DNA of 64,000 nucleotides from a candidate division WOR-3 bacterium (GTDB lineage: Bacteria > Hydrothermota > Tepidihabitantia > Tepidihabitantales > Tepidihabitantaceae): assembly GCA_965649225.1 (NCBI GenBank), contig CBFGJX010000010.1, positions 21,532-85,531 of the forward strand. Reading direction: 5' to 3'. Under the pieces are notes generated by a model that did no database searches, had not been told where the DNA came from, and worked only from the letters and a program-made list of their open reading frames with translations. Shown in pieces: positions 19,016-29,016 of the stretch (position 1 is its first letter; each line of letters begins with the position of its first letter). A program made the translations under genes and the position numbers.

Positions 19016-20074
19016 ATGGCAGTAAAGACAATCAAGACCGGCGTACTGGTTGCCGCGGTAATGGCGCTGGCGCTGGCCGGTTGTGACCGGCTGGCAGCAC
19101 CAGAGTTGAACCAGCCGCCCGACCCGGCGCCGATCAGGGCCAGCGAGTATCCGATTACCACGGATATCATCGCCGGTCAGCACACCGATGTCGGCGACAT
19201 CGCGATACACTTCACCTACGACAACATCTTCATTACCTATACTACAACTGGTAACTGGTATCTTACGGAGACCCATGTCCATATCGCCACTTCGCTCGAG
19301 GACATTCCGCACAACAGCGGCGGAATGATACCTGGTCAGTTCGACTACAAAGAGAATCATGACCAGGTGCAGACCTACATGTACACCATCCCGATGCGCG
19401 ATGCGTGGCGGACTGCGACCGAGCTCTATCTGGCTGCCCATTGCGCGGTGGTGCGGATTGAGAACGGACAGGTCGTGCAGGAAGAGACCGGCTGGGGCGA
19501 GGGTCCGGAATATCCGGGCCGCAACTGGGGAATGTATGTTCCCTTCCGTCTGCCCAAGCTGTGCAAGCTGCCGACCTTCCCGATCGAGGTCAAGCTCGGG
19601 CAGGTGTACAAGAACATCCCGAAGACGATGTGGCTGCGAGGCATTCCGACCGGACAGGGCTACTATGTATCGGACGGTGAATGGCCTTCGTTCTGTCTGC
19701 AGACCAGCACCTACATCTATGGTGGCCGCTGGTACTGGGCCACGCTGATTCCGAGCACCAGTCCGGTTCTGCCGAATGTCATCAAGTACGGTATTGACGG
19801 CAGCGTTACTCCCTACGACAAGATCAACTACCTCATCAACGCCTACGCCAGCATCCACCACGTCAACATGACCGTGCTGGAAGACCTGCAGAACGTTTTC
19901 TGGCACTATCGCGGCTACAAGACCTACGATCAGCTCACGGCTCAGCAGAAAGCATACGCGGACGAGGCCAATATGCTCGGTTGCGGTTACTATCCGCCGC
20001 CGGGTGGCTATATCGCGGTATTCCTCTGGATTGGCGAAAGCGTACAGCTGACGTTTATCCAGGTTGACCCGTGA
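19016..20074 (+). CDS. Lipoprotein with a putative C-terminal thioester (Cys-Gln) domain
   Basis: RBS GGAGG; lipobox LAGC; SFCLQ ... LQNVFW ... SVQL. Confidence 0.7.
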   Translation: MAVKTIKTGVLVAAVMALALAGCDRLAAPELNQPPDPAPIRASEYPITTDIIAGQHTDVGDIAIHFTYDNIFITYTTTGNWYLTETHVHIATSLEDIPHNSGGMIPGQFDYKENHDQVQTYMYTIPMRDAWRTATELYLAAHCAVVRIENGQVVQEETGWGEGPEYPGRNWGMYVPFRLPKLCKLPTFPIEVKLGQVYKNIPKTMWLRGIPTGQGYYVSDGEWPSFCLQTSTYIYGGRWYWATLIPSTSPVLPNVIKYGIDGSVTPYDKINYLINAYASIHHVNMTVLEDLQNVFWHYRGYKTYDQLTAQQKAYADEANMLGCGYYPPPGGYIAVFLWIGESVQLTFIQVDP

Positions 20075-20098
20075 GCCGAACGGTCGAGTCGATACGGC

Positions 20099-20133
20099 AC
20101 TGCCGGGGGGAAACCCCCGGCAGTTGCTTTTAT
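20099..20133 (+). terminator. Intrinsic terminator
   Basis: actgccggggg-gaaa-cccccggcagt then tgcttttat. Confidence 0.8.
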
Positions 20134-20410
20134 ATTGACTGGGTCGAGAACTTGCTTTCGGAGCGGCAATCGCCTACGATTTTCGATTGCAGCCTGACGA
20201 TTGCCGCCTGTTACAATCAAGGAGGCGCGATCAGTAGTGCAGCAAAAGAGTCACGGGCAGCCCAGTGTCGCGGCAAGCTTATTGACCGAGCCGTTTGATG
20301 AGACCGGGCTGCCGTGCTCAAAACATTAGACTCAGAAATGACCAAAAGGTTCTGTTGATATGTTTGTCGGCGAACAGCATTAAGCAGTTGAATTGTAAAA
20401 TTAGCAATAT

Positions 20411-21649
20411 ATGGATGTTGCGGATCTGGCGATAGTCGGCGGTGGGGCCTCGGGCCTAGTCTGTGCGGTTGCCGCCGCCCGGTTGGGCCTGAGCGTCATT
20501 GTGCTTGAGAAGACCGAAGCCTGCGGCAAGAAGCTGGCGCTTACCGGTGGCAGGAAAGGTAACTTCACCCACGCCTGTGCGCCGCGGGCGATGGCTGACC
20601 GATTTGATTGTGATCCGCGTATTCTGGTACCGTTACTGAAGCGATTTCCCTACCAGCGGATTGTCGGCTTTTTTCGTTCGCTGGGTGTCCAGCACCGCGT
20701 TGACGAGGATGGCTGCATCTGGCCGGCGGGCGACAATGCCGCCGGCATTGTTCGGGCACTGGTGGGGGATTTTCTGCTCCACCGCGGCGTGTTGTTGACG
20801 CGGTCGCGGGTCAGCCGGATTGTACCGGGCGAGGGCGTAGTGCTGGCCGATGGCAGACCGATCAGGGCGCGCAACGTACTGCTGGCAACCGGCGGTGCCA
20901 GCTACCCCCACACCGGGTCATCCGGCGATGCCATTGAACTGGTCAGGGCACTAGGGTTGACGACCGTACCCTGGTTTCCGGCGCTGGCTTCGTTACGGAC
21001 GCGCGAGGACCTGTCGGCGCTGGCCGGGGCGACCCAGCCGAAGGTCGGGATGGAACTGGTCATCGACGGCGCGGTGAGGAGGTCGGTTAAAGGGCACTTC
21101 ATTTTCGCACACGAGCACGTCTCCGGCTCAAGCGTGCTCAACCTCTGCGGTTATGCGGCGCGGGCTTTGACCGAGGGCCGCAAGGTCATCCTGCGGGTGG
21201 ACTGGATTCCCGATATGAGCGAGTCGGAGCTGGCCGAGGAGTTAGGCCGGGCGCGGCGCGAGCACCCCAGGCGGCTTGCCGTGACCTTCATCAACCCCTG
21301 GATGCCGCGGCGACTGGCCCAGTTGCTCGTCGCGCGGTCGGGTGTCGACCCGAACAGGGTGATGGCCGAGCTGTCCCGGGCCGACCAGGCCCGGCTGAGC
21401 GCCGCGGTCAAGGCTGCGGAATTCGAACTCGTCGGGACCGAGCCGATCGAGCGCGCTACGGTCACTGGCGGCGGTGTTTCGCTGGGCGAGGTTGATTTTG
21501 CAACGATGGCCGCCCGACGCGTGCCAAGTCTTTACTTTGCCGGCGAAGCGCTGGACCTCTGGGCCGAGACTGGCGGTTACAATCTGCATTTTGCCTGGGC
21601 GAGCGGCATCGCTGCGGCCGAGGCAGTGGCGGGGAGGACCCTGCCGTGA
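20411..21649 (+). CDS. HI0933/YhiN-family NAD(P)/FAD-dependent oxidoreductase
   Basis: GGGASG, GKKL..TG, ATGGASYPHTGSSGD, VTGGGV, LYFAGE.LD...TGGYNL..AWASG. Confidence 0.93.
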   Translation: MDVADLAIVGGGASGLVCAVAAARLGLSVIVLEKTEACGKKLALTGGRKGNFTHACAPRAMADRFDCDPRILVPLLKRFPYQRIVGFFRSLGVQHRVDEDGCIWPAGDNAAGIVRALVGDFLLHRGVLLTRSRVSRIVPGEGVVLADGRPIRARNVLLATGGASYPHTGSSGDAIELVRALGLTTVPWFPALASLRTREDLSALAGATQPKVGMELVIDGAVRRSVKGHFIFAHEHVSGSSVLNLCGYAARALTEGRKVILRVDWIPDMSESELAEELGRARREHPRRLAVTFINPWMPRRLAQLLVARSGVDPNRVMAELSRADQARLSAAVKAAEFELVGTEPIERATVTGGGVSLGEVDFATMAARRVPSLYFAGEALDLWAETGGYNLHFAWASGIAAAEAVAGRTLP

Positions 21650-22086
21650 AACTCGGGAAAAAGTCCACCACGGACAAAACGCCCCCGGCCGCCTACGTAC
21701 TGTTACTGTTATGTCCGGCGCAGCAGGTCCGACGTGTGGCTGCGCTGGGTCTGCTGAAGCTGGAGGCTGGTTATTACCTCTACGTCGGTTCAGGCGGGGT
21801 GAATGTGCTGAAACGCATTGAGCGACATCTGCGGCCGCAGAAGACCCGGCGCTGGCAGGTGGACTGGCTCACCAGTGGCCGGCGGCGGCTGCGCCCGGCC
21901 GAAGTGTGTATCCTGCCCGGGCTTCAGGAGTGCACGGTGGCCCGGATGCTCGGTCGCTGGCTGCAACCGGTGTACCGGCTGGGTGCTTCAGACTGTGCTT
22001 GCTCGACACACCTGTTCTACAGCGCGGACGCGGCGCTGGTGCACCGCGTCCTTGGCAAGCTGACTGCTCTCTCTAGCGCGTTATGA
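21646..22086 (+). CDS. GIY-YIG (DUF123-type) nuclease family protein
   Basis: AYVL...GYYLYVGS...RIERH...W.VDWL...EC...GASDCACSTHLF. Confidence 0.85.
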   Translation: MKLGKKSTTDKTPPAAYVLLLLCPAQQVRRVAALGLLKLEAGYYLYVGSGGVNVLKRIERHLRPQKTRRWQVDWLTSGRRRLRPAEVCILPGLQECTVARMLGRWLQPVYRLGASDCACSTHLFYSADAALVHRVLGKLTALSSAL

Positions 22087-23395
22087 CCAGCCGTTCGGTG
22101 TAGCGGTCCGCTCCGATGCGAAGTTCGGCCGAGTAGACCCCGGCGGAAAGTCCAGAAACCGGAAGCCGGTGCGTGCCGGGTTCGGTTTGACCCTGCAGCG
22201 GCGCGGCGACAAGCCGGCCGAGGGCGTCGAACACGCGCAGCTCGACTTCTGCCGACTTGTTTAGTGCGAAGCACAGGTAGGTATGGCCCCGGGCCGGGTT
22301 GGGCGCGGCGTGCAGCCGTCCGGTGAGCCAGGGTGGGTCGGCGGCCGAAACCGCGGTGCCGTTGGCCGTGGTCACCTGCATCGAGTCCACTGTCGTGTTG
22401 CCGACGATGTCCGAGGCGCGGACAATCACCCAGTAGTCGCCGTCCGGCACCGACGCCGTGGCCCACTTGCCCTGCGTGTCGGTGGCTTCGATTATCGAGT
22501 CGCCGTCGGTGTTCGTTACGATGAAGTGATACTGGCGCCGGTCATAGTCGCCGTAGGTGCGGCAGGTGTTGTCGTTCTTGTATACGACCATCGTGTTGGC
22601 CGCGTCGAGCCGGTTGGAGAATTGTACGCTCAGAGTCCAGGGCACGACCACCGAGCCGCCCGCGCTCCGTATCATGTAGTCAATCTGATAGGGCACGAGC
22701 CTGTCCCAGGTATCGCGCGTGGTGGTGTAGCCGGTCTTGTCGTAGATGCGGGCGATGATGTCGACGTCGCCGGTGAGCGCGGTCGGCGAGAGGTAGTTGT
22801 TGTTGACGTTGTCGCGGCAGAACGCGAAGCGCGCGCCGGTGCGGGCGTTCTCGAAAACCGGGGCCAGCCGGTCGTCCATCGGCCGCAGGCGCAGCAGCGG
22901 GTTCTCGATGAACCACCATGTAACGTTGGGAAACCGCATCCAGGTTGCGCCGGTGTCGGAGATGCGGGCGAAGTGGAGGTGGTCGAACCCGGTCACGGTC
23001 CAGTAGACAAGGAAGCCGATGGTGTCGCCGGTCTCGACCCGGTCACCAAGATTCTTGTGCGGCCGGTTGCGGTCGATGTGCGCATAGAGCCAGCCCGGGG
23101 CGCGGCCGGTGTAAGTGAGCGGCGAATCGCATACCGCGACGCGGTAGTGCAGGTCGGCCTGGATGGTGCCCCAACCCTTTACCCAGCCCGGCGCGACGGC
23201 GCGCACCAGCGCGTTGATGCGGCCGGGCGTGATGATGTCGATGCCGTTGTGGAAGTACGGGTCGCTGCCGTAGTTCTGGTACTCGCCCCAGTTGTTGCCT
23301 AGGGGCTGGACCGAGTCAATCGGCACGACCGGCCAGGGCTCGGCGAGAGCGACCGTAAACACCAGCAGACAGTAAAGAACCTTCACTGATCGCAA
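22073..23395 (-). CDS. Secreted M23-like metallopeptidase with T9SS-like CTD
   Basis: FHNGIDI (HxxxD), YAH, DHLHF (HxH); PNP...VFDALGRLV...GVY...RLVITR. TTG start after GGAGG. Confidence 0.8.
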   Translation of the reverse strand: MRSVKVLYCLLVFTVALAEPWPVVPIDSVQPLGNNWGEYQNYGSDPYFHNGIDIITPGRINALVRAVAPGWVKGWGTIQADLHYRVAVCDSPLTYTGRAPGWLYAHIDRNRPHKNLGDRVETGDTIGFLVYWTVTGFDHLHFARISDTGATWMRFPNVTWWFIENPLLRLRPMDDRLAPVFENARTGARFAFCRDNVNNNYLSPTALTGDVDIIARIYDKTGYTTTRDTWDRLVPYQIDYMIRSAGGSVVVPWTLSVQFSNRLDAANTMVVYKNDNTCRTYGDYDRRQYHFIVTNTDGDSIIEATDTQGKWATASVPDGDYWVIVRASDIVGNTTVDSMQVTTANGTAVSAADPPWLTGRLHAAPNPARGHTYLCFALNKSAEVELRVFDALGRLVAAPLQGQTEPGTHRLPVSGLSAGVYSAELRIGADRYTERLVITR

Positions 23396-23540
23396 CTGGT
23401 CCTCCTGGAAATCAAAAGCCGTCAAGAAATCGTAAGACCGGGCTGTACAGCTGTCAAACCGGAAAGCCGAACCGTTCCTGAAAGCCGCTGACCAGCTGGC
23501 TGGCAGGCGCGGCTGGTTTCTCGTGAAACTGCGGCCGGCG

Positions 23541-24410
23541 TTAGAGCCCGCGCAGGTACTCGGGCCTGAAGCGGTGGTCGCGCACCGCGGCGTCGAGCTC
23601 GGCGATGAGGCGCTGCTTGTCGCGCGGGAGGCGGCCGGCCAGGGGCACGTAGTTGGAAGCGTGGTTGGAGCGGAACACGGTTGCCCTGACGTCGACGTGT
23701 TCGAGAAACAGCCGCAGTTCGAGCGCGAACTCGGCCGGGTCGGGCAGCTCGAACTCGCCGCGCGCCATTTCGTCGGCGAGCGGTGTACCCTCGATGACCG
23801 TGAGCGTGAGCGCCGAGAGAAAGGTGGGGTTCATCGCGGACACGGCGCGGGCCGAGGCGAGCGCGTGTTCGCGCCAGTCCCGGCGCCCGCCCAGCCCGAG
23901 CAGGTAGATGACCGAGCTCTTCATCCCGGCGGCCATCGCCTTCTGCACCGCCGCGACCATTTCGGCTGCAGTCGCACCCTTGTCGATGCGCTCGAGCACC
24001 GCGTCCGAGCCCGACTCCATTCCGAGGTAGAAGATGCCCAGCCCGGCCGCGACGAGCGCGCGCAGTTCTTCGTCGGTTTTCTTGAGGATGTCGCGGGCGT
24101 TGGCGTAGATGCCGACGCGGCCAAGCTCGGGGAACGCCGCCTTGAGCGCGGCGAGTATCTCAAGCAGGTGCCGGGCCGGCAGGACCATTGCGTCGCCGTC
24201 ACAGAGGAAAGCGCGTCGAACTCCGGGTCCGCAGTACTCGCGGGCGAGCCGGATGTCTTCGCGCACGTCTTCAAGCGGGCGAACCCGGAATCGCTTGTCG
24301 CGGTACATCGCGCAGAACGTGCAGCGGTTGTGCGAGCAGCCGACGGTGGCCTGCACGAGCAGCGAATCGGCCTCAGACGGGGGGCGGAAGATGTTGCCTT
24401 CGTAGCGCAT
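23541..24410 (-). CDS. Radical SAM protein
   Basis: RPPSEA, CSHNRCTFC, GMESG, FRSNHASNY. Confidence 0.92.
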   Translation of the reverse strand: MRYEGNIFRPPSEADSLLVQATVGCSHNRCTFCAMYRDKRFRVRPLEDVREDIRLAREYCGPGVRRAFLCDGDAMVLPARHLLEILAALKAAFPELGRVGIYANARDILKKTDEELRALVAAGLGIFYLGMESGSDAVLERIDKGATAAEMVAAVQKAMAAGMKSSVIYLLGLGGRRDWREHALASARAVSAMNPTFLSALTLTVIEGTPLADEMARGEFELPDPAEFALELRLFLEHVDVRATVFRSNHASNYVPLAGRLPRDKQRLIAELDAAVRDHRFRPEYLRGL

Positions 24411-24411
24411 T

Positions 24412-27400
24412 TCAGTGGATGGGTTCAATCAACCAGACTGTGATGATTTCGTCCGGGTCGGACAGCAATCGTGTGAAGCGGTAATCCGGGAGGAGGAAGC
24501 TTTTTTTTGAATCCATCAGGCGGATGAAGTTCGGGTGCCGACCGGGGTTGTTTGTTTCCCAGAAAGCGATTGCCGGCAGGAAGTCGGCAAAATCTGCCCG
24601 ACCGCTGTCGATTGCCGCCCAAGCGGCGCGGTAAGAGACGACCCGACCCAGTCCGGCCACCAGCAGGCGACTGGGTTCGGTCAGATGTGCTGATGGCCAG
24701 AAAACAGTGCGGCAGCGGATACCACTCATTGCCGCCAGCTCCCCGGCGACGAGATTGAGAGCGGCGCCGACGCGTGATTGGACCAGATAGCCGATCGCCG
24801 CCGAGTCACGACTGGCGGCAAGCAGCGTAAAGTAGTAGCCACCGTGCCGGTAGTTTTCACGCTCGGGCATGTAGCCGAAGACCTCGGGATGATTTTCCGG
24901 ACTGCCCGTGGCCCAGAACGCCAGCGCGGGCAGAAAATCGACCAGCTCGGTGTTTTCACCAGCAAGTGATTGGTAGAGCTGAGCGTAGGTAAGCACTCGG
25001 ACAGAATCGGGCCATTCTGGCAGCGGGTGATCGCTGGGCCAGAAAATCGAACGGTAGCCTGATGGCAGGACCTGACGGGCGAACCGGGCGACTTCAACTA
25101 GCGCAGGACCGGACTCGGGTCGGCCGGGTCGGAATGGTATGATCGGCCCCGAGTCATTGGCGCGGCGGACATCGTAAATCCAGCAACGGCGGGTAGCACC
25201 GGCGTTGAGCAGTGTTAGACGGATACCGTCCTGCAGCTGATGTTGGCCGGTGTGTATAACAGTCAGAGGACCCAGGTCTTCAAACCCACGGTAGGCATCG
25301 TCGGCGACGTCGATCGCCAACGCGGGAAGGATGCTGTCCAGCGCGATGGCCCGGCGGTGACGAAGACTGTTCAGTTGGCGGATGGTTATTACCGGCAGGA
25401 TGGAATCGGTCGGGGCCGAGTCCAGCGGCCAGACCAGTGTGCGGTAGCCGGGCATTGTTTGAGTATGGGTCAGTGCCCAGGTGCGGGCAGCCGCCAGCTC
25501 CGACAACAGCGAGTCGGCCCACACTCGTGGTGATTGAATGCGGACAAAACCATCCTCAACATCCAGCCACGCTTCTCGTTCGGCAAACGCAGCAGCCAGC
25601 AGCGGATTCAGCGGGCCGAGGTCGCGGGCCCAGACTATCGGGCCGGAAAGGTCGGGGCGGTTTTGAGAAAAGGCAGCCTTGTAGTCACGGGTAAACACCA
25701 AAGCGTTGCTGAGTCGGGCCGAGCGCGCGCGGTTGATGGTGCGAGCGGTGACACCACTGAACGAGCTGTATTCTCCAACCAGTCTGGGCAAGGATGGTAT
25801 CCAGCCGGTAACGAAAGCGAACGCAATCAGCGTGATCAGATCAGCGCGTAGACGTGATGTCGGCCGGTGTGTAAACTGGCGTAGAACAGCAGTCAGCCGG
25901 GTAAGCGACTGTGCCGTGAGCAAAAGAATGGCTGGTACGGCTTCAAAGACGAATCGTGGTCCGTAGCAGTAGCCGTGGAAAAAATAGAAAAAGTGAATGA
26001 ATAGCAGGCTAGCCGGAATGGCGAAGAGGACGCAATCCCAGGGCCGACGCGGGCCGATGATCAGCAGCGAGAGCGGCAGGATTAGGGCTGGGACCGGCCA
26101 TTCGAACAGGTAGCGATTGAGTCCGGCAAGGTTGGAAGTGATGTGGACCAGTCCCTTGTAAGGCGTGTGGGTGATGCCGAGTGCGGCCGGGCCGAAGACA
26201 AATCCGTGGCCCGTGCCGTGCAGCACCGTATAGCCGAAGTTCAGCGGCGCGCCCGTGGTCAACCAGTTCTGGACCAGCAGCAGCAGCCCGAACACCGTAA
26301 CGACGCCGGCACCGGCTGCGGCGCGCGCCCACAGGCGCGGCTCCCGACGCAGGCGCAGAAGCAGCCATACAACTGCAGGTAAGGCGATGCCAAGCGCGGT
26401 CGCGGGTCGGGTCGCAACGACGATTCCCAGTGACAGGCCGCAGAGCAGGGCGTTGCCGATGCCGCGCCGCTCAAGCCGGCTGAAGAACAGCAGAAGCAGC
26501 GTGCCCCAGCACAGCGAAGTTGTGTGGTTCATGAATGAACCGCCCATAAACCAGACAAAAGGTGACAGGCAGTAGAGCAGGGCGGCTCCGCGCGCGATGC
26601 GTTCGCCGTAGACTTCGCGTCCGAGGCCGTAGAGCGCCAGCACCGCGACCGCAGCCTGCAGGGGATTGACCAGCCAGGGCAGGCCGGCGAGCACGCCCAG
26701 CGCGAGCATCAGGGGATGGCCGTAAGGGTACTGCGAGTACCACCGGCCGTCGTTGATGACGTGCTTGAAGTCGAAAAACGACGGCAGCGGGGGCGAAACG
26801 GCAAACAGCCGGCCAAGTGTGAAGATGCGGGCTTGGAATAGCTGGGCTGCTTCGTCAGTGATGTGAGGAATCCCACCCAGTACTGCCGTGGCGGCGACGG
26901 CTGCGACGGTAAGGGCGGTACCTCCGACCAGAACTGAAAACCACCGGGGCGGCAGGCGAAGAATCGGCCGCCATAGACCGGCCGGTAGAGCGCCGATCCG
27001 GCGCAGCACTGGGAAAGAGCCCCAGCTGAACAGTATGAACCCCAGTGAACCGAGAACCAAAGTCAGCGACAGCCAATAGTTGGGTTCGGCGTATAGCCGC
27101 AGCTCGGGATAGCCTAAGGGCAGCAGCGACAGCACCAGCATTATGGCGGCAAGGCCCGTACCGAGTATGTTGCGGGCCACCAGATAACGCAGTGTCAGTC
27201 TGAATGGTTTTGTCAGGCTGACAAGCAGCCCGGCGATTGTCACCGTGAGCAACACCGGCAACAAGAAGGGGAAGGCTATCCCGCTTCCGGTAGTCGGTAG
27301 CAACTTGATGACTACGGTGCCATTCTGATAACCGACTATACTCGCTTGGCCTCGTCCCAGCCGGGCAAGGGCATAAAGCAACAGCCCAGCCAAACCGGCA

Positions 27401-27456
27401 GCGGTGGCAAGGATGCGCAAGGGCAGTTCAACCGCGAAACGGCGACGTTCAGGCAT
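24412..27456 (-). CDS. Large multi-pass GT-C (PMT/ArnT-like) glycosyltransferase with three tandem C-terminal repeat domains
   Basis: PHITDEAAQLFQA, YSQYP.G.P, YGPRF, many TM helices; repeated soluble tail. Confidence 0.8.
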   Translation of the reverse strand: MPERRRFAVELPLRILATAAGLAGLLLYALARLGRGQASIVGYQNGTVVIKLLPTTGSGIAFPFLLPVLLTVTIAGLLVSLTKPFRLTLRYLVARNILGTGLAAIMLVLSLLPLGYPELRLYAEPNYWLSLTLVLGSLGFILFSWGSFPVLRRIGALPAGLWRPILRLPPRWFSVLVGGTALTVAAVAATAVLGGIPHITDEAAQLFQARIFTLGRLFAVSPPLPSFFDFKHVINDGRWYSQYPYGHPLMLALGVLAGLPWLVNPLQAAVAVLALYGLGREVYGERIARGAALLYCLSPFVWFMGGSFMNHTTSLCWGTLLLLFFSRLERRGIGNALLCGLSLGIVVATRPATALGIALPAVVWLLLRLRREPRLWARAAAGAGVVTVFGLLLLVQNWLTTGAPLNFGYTVLHGTGHGFVFGPAALGITHTPYKGLVHITSNLAGLNRYLFEWPVPALILPLSLLIIGPRRPWDCVLFAIPASLLFIHFFYFFHGYCYGPRFVFEAVPAILLLTAQSLTRLTAVLRQFTHRPTSRLRADLITLIAFAFVTGWIPSLPRLVGEYSSFSGVTARTINRARSARLSNALVFTRDYKAAFSQNRPDLSGPIVWARDLGPLNPLLAAAFAEREAWLDVEDGFVRIQSPRVWADSLLSELAAARTWALTHTQTMPGYRTLVWPLDSAPTDSILPVITIRQLNSLRHRRAIALDSILPALAIDVADDAYRGFEDLGPLTVIHTGQHQLQDGIRLTLLNAGATRRCWIYDVRRANDSGPIIPFRPGRPESGPALVEVARFARQVLPSGYRSIFWPSDHPLPEWPDSVRVLTYAQLYQSLAGENTELVDFLPALAFWATGSPENHPEVFGYMPERENYRHGGYYFTLLAASRDSAAIGYLVQSRVGAALNLVAGELAAMSGIRCRTVFWPSAHLTEPSRLLVAGLGRVVSYRAAWAAIDSGRADFADFLPAIAFWETNNPGRHPNFIRLMDSKKSFLLPDYRFTRLLSDPDEIITVWLIEPIH

Positions 27457-28066
27457 CAGGACACGGCTGAAGCCGGGCAATCAGCCAGGGCCAGGAACTG
27501 GTAATAACCGGTGCCGGATCGTGGTTGAGCAGCAGCAGACGCAGCGAGCGCCGGCTGAAACGCTGGATGTGTTCCGGGTGGTGCCCCAGCCGTTGGACAT
27601 ACTTCAGTCGGGCAAGATTGGTGAGCGACCAGAAGGGTTCATGTGGAACCGAGACAACTACCGCGCGCCGGGCAACCCGACAGAGTTCGGACAAGGCCCG
27701 GGCCGGGTCCGCCAAGTGTTCCAGCACCTCAAGACAAAGCACGAGGTCGAAGGTTCGGTCAGGCCAGGGCAGGGAATGGATATCGGCAATCAGAAACCGG
27801 TCACCGGGATGGCGTCGCCGGGCGTAGTCGATGCAGGCTGGGTTAGTGTCAAAGCCGGTAACCGGCACCGGCAGGATATCGCGCAGCCGGGCGATGGTCT
27901 CCCCTTCGCCGCAACCGGCGTCCAGAACGCTCAGCGGTGTCAGGGGCGTCACTAACGAACGGACGCGGAGAAAAAAGCGGTCAAACAGCAGCCGGGCCAG
28001 CGGATTGCGGGTGGCAAACTTGGCAAAGTTGGAGGTTGACGGCGATTCAGTCGGCGCGTCGGTCAT
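27449..28066 (-). CDS. Class I SAM-dependent methyltransferase
   Basis: VLDAGCGEG, FDLVLCLEVLEH, SVPHEP. Confidence 0.9.
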   Translation of the reverse strand: MTDAPTESPSTSNFAKFATRNPLARLLFDRFFLRVRSLVTPLTPLSVLDAGCGEGETIARLRDILPVPVTGFDTNPACIDYARRRHPGDRFLIADIHSLPWPDRTFDLVLCLEVLEHLADPARALSELCRVARRAVVVSVPHEPFWSLTNLARLKYVQRLGHHPEHIQRFSRRSLRLLLLNHDPAPVITSSWPWLIARLQPCPDA

Positions 28067-28982
28067 TTTCAATCGTGGTGTAGTCGGGGCCGGGGCGTCC
28101 GGCGGCAATCATCTCGCCGACGAGGCCGACGGCAACCAGTTGTAGTCCGACGAGAACGAGCATCACTCCAGTTATCAGTGCAGCCAAGTGGCGGTTGAAG
28201 GGTGAGCCGCCAAGCTTGCGCACGAGCACGTAGCCCTCTAATCCCAGCCCTAGTAACAGCGGCACCAGCCCGAGTGTGCCGAAAAAATGCAGGGGTTTGC
28301 GGGCGAAACGGGTAATAAAGGCAACGGCGATCAGGTCCAGTACTCCGGTCCAGAAGCGGGTCACACCGTATTTCGAGCGGCCGAAACGGCGTCGGCGATG
28401 GACAACCGGCTGTTCAGTGACTCGCCAGCCGGCGGCATGGGCCAGCTCGGGAATGAAGCGGTAGTTGTCGCCACGCAATGGCAGACCGGCGGCAACCGCC
28501 CGGCGCAGTGCCCGGAAACCGGAATTGGAGTCGTGCAACTGGAGGCCAAATATCATCCGTTTGAGTAAATTGAAAATGCGTGACGGCACGGTCTTGGCGG
28601 GTTCGTTTTCCAGCCGGTGCTGCTTCCAGCCGACGACGAGATCAAAGCCGGCATCTATTGCGCGAAGCAGACTGGGAATTTCGGCCGGGTCGTCCTGCAG
28701 GTCGGCATCGAGGGTCAGGATGATTTCGCCGCTGGCAGCGGTAAAGCCGGCGGCATAGGCCGCCGACTTCCCACAGCGGGTGCGAAAGCGAATTACCCGT
28801 ACCCGCCGGTCAGCAGCGGCAAGTGCCGCCAGCCGGACCGGAGTGGAATCGGTTGAGCCGTCGTCAATGAAAATGAGCTCCCAATCGCCATCAAGTCGGT
28901 CGAGCACTGAGCGCAGCTCGCCGTAGAGCGGCTCGACTGACTGTTCTTCGTCGCGGGCCGGCACGACTACGCTGTACCGCAT
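28047..28982 (-). CDS. GT2 polyprenol-phosphate glycosyltransferase (ArnC/DPM1-like)
   Basis: FIDDGSTD, TLDADLQDDP, two C-terminal TM helices. Confidence 0.92.
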   Translation of the reverse strand: MRYSVVVPARDEEQSVEPLYGELRSVLDRLDGDWELIFIDDGSTDSTPVRLAALAAADRRVRVIRFRTRCGKSAAYAAGFTAASGEIILTLDADLQDDPAEIPSLLRAIDAGFDLVVGWKQHRLENEPAKTVPSRIFNLLKRMIFGLQLHDSNSGFRALRRAVAAGLPLRGDNYRFIPELAHAAGWRVTEQPVVHRRRRFGRSKYGVTRFWTGVLDLIAVAFITRFARKPLHFFGTLGLVPLLLGLGLEGYVLVRKLGGSPFNRHLAALITGVMLVLVGLQLVAVGLVGEMIAAGRPGPDYTTIENDRRAD

Positions 28983-29016
28983 CGCCGGGGCAGTCTAGAC
29001 TGGTCGATGACCGGTG

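Noticed and set aside
21646..22086. GIY-YIG gene as a homing endonuclease or intron marker
   Set aside because: It has the short DUF123-type signature, and no interrupted host gene or intron structure surrounds it.
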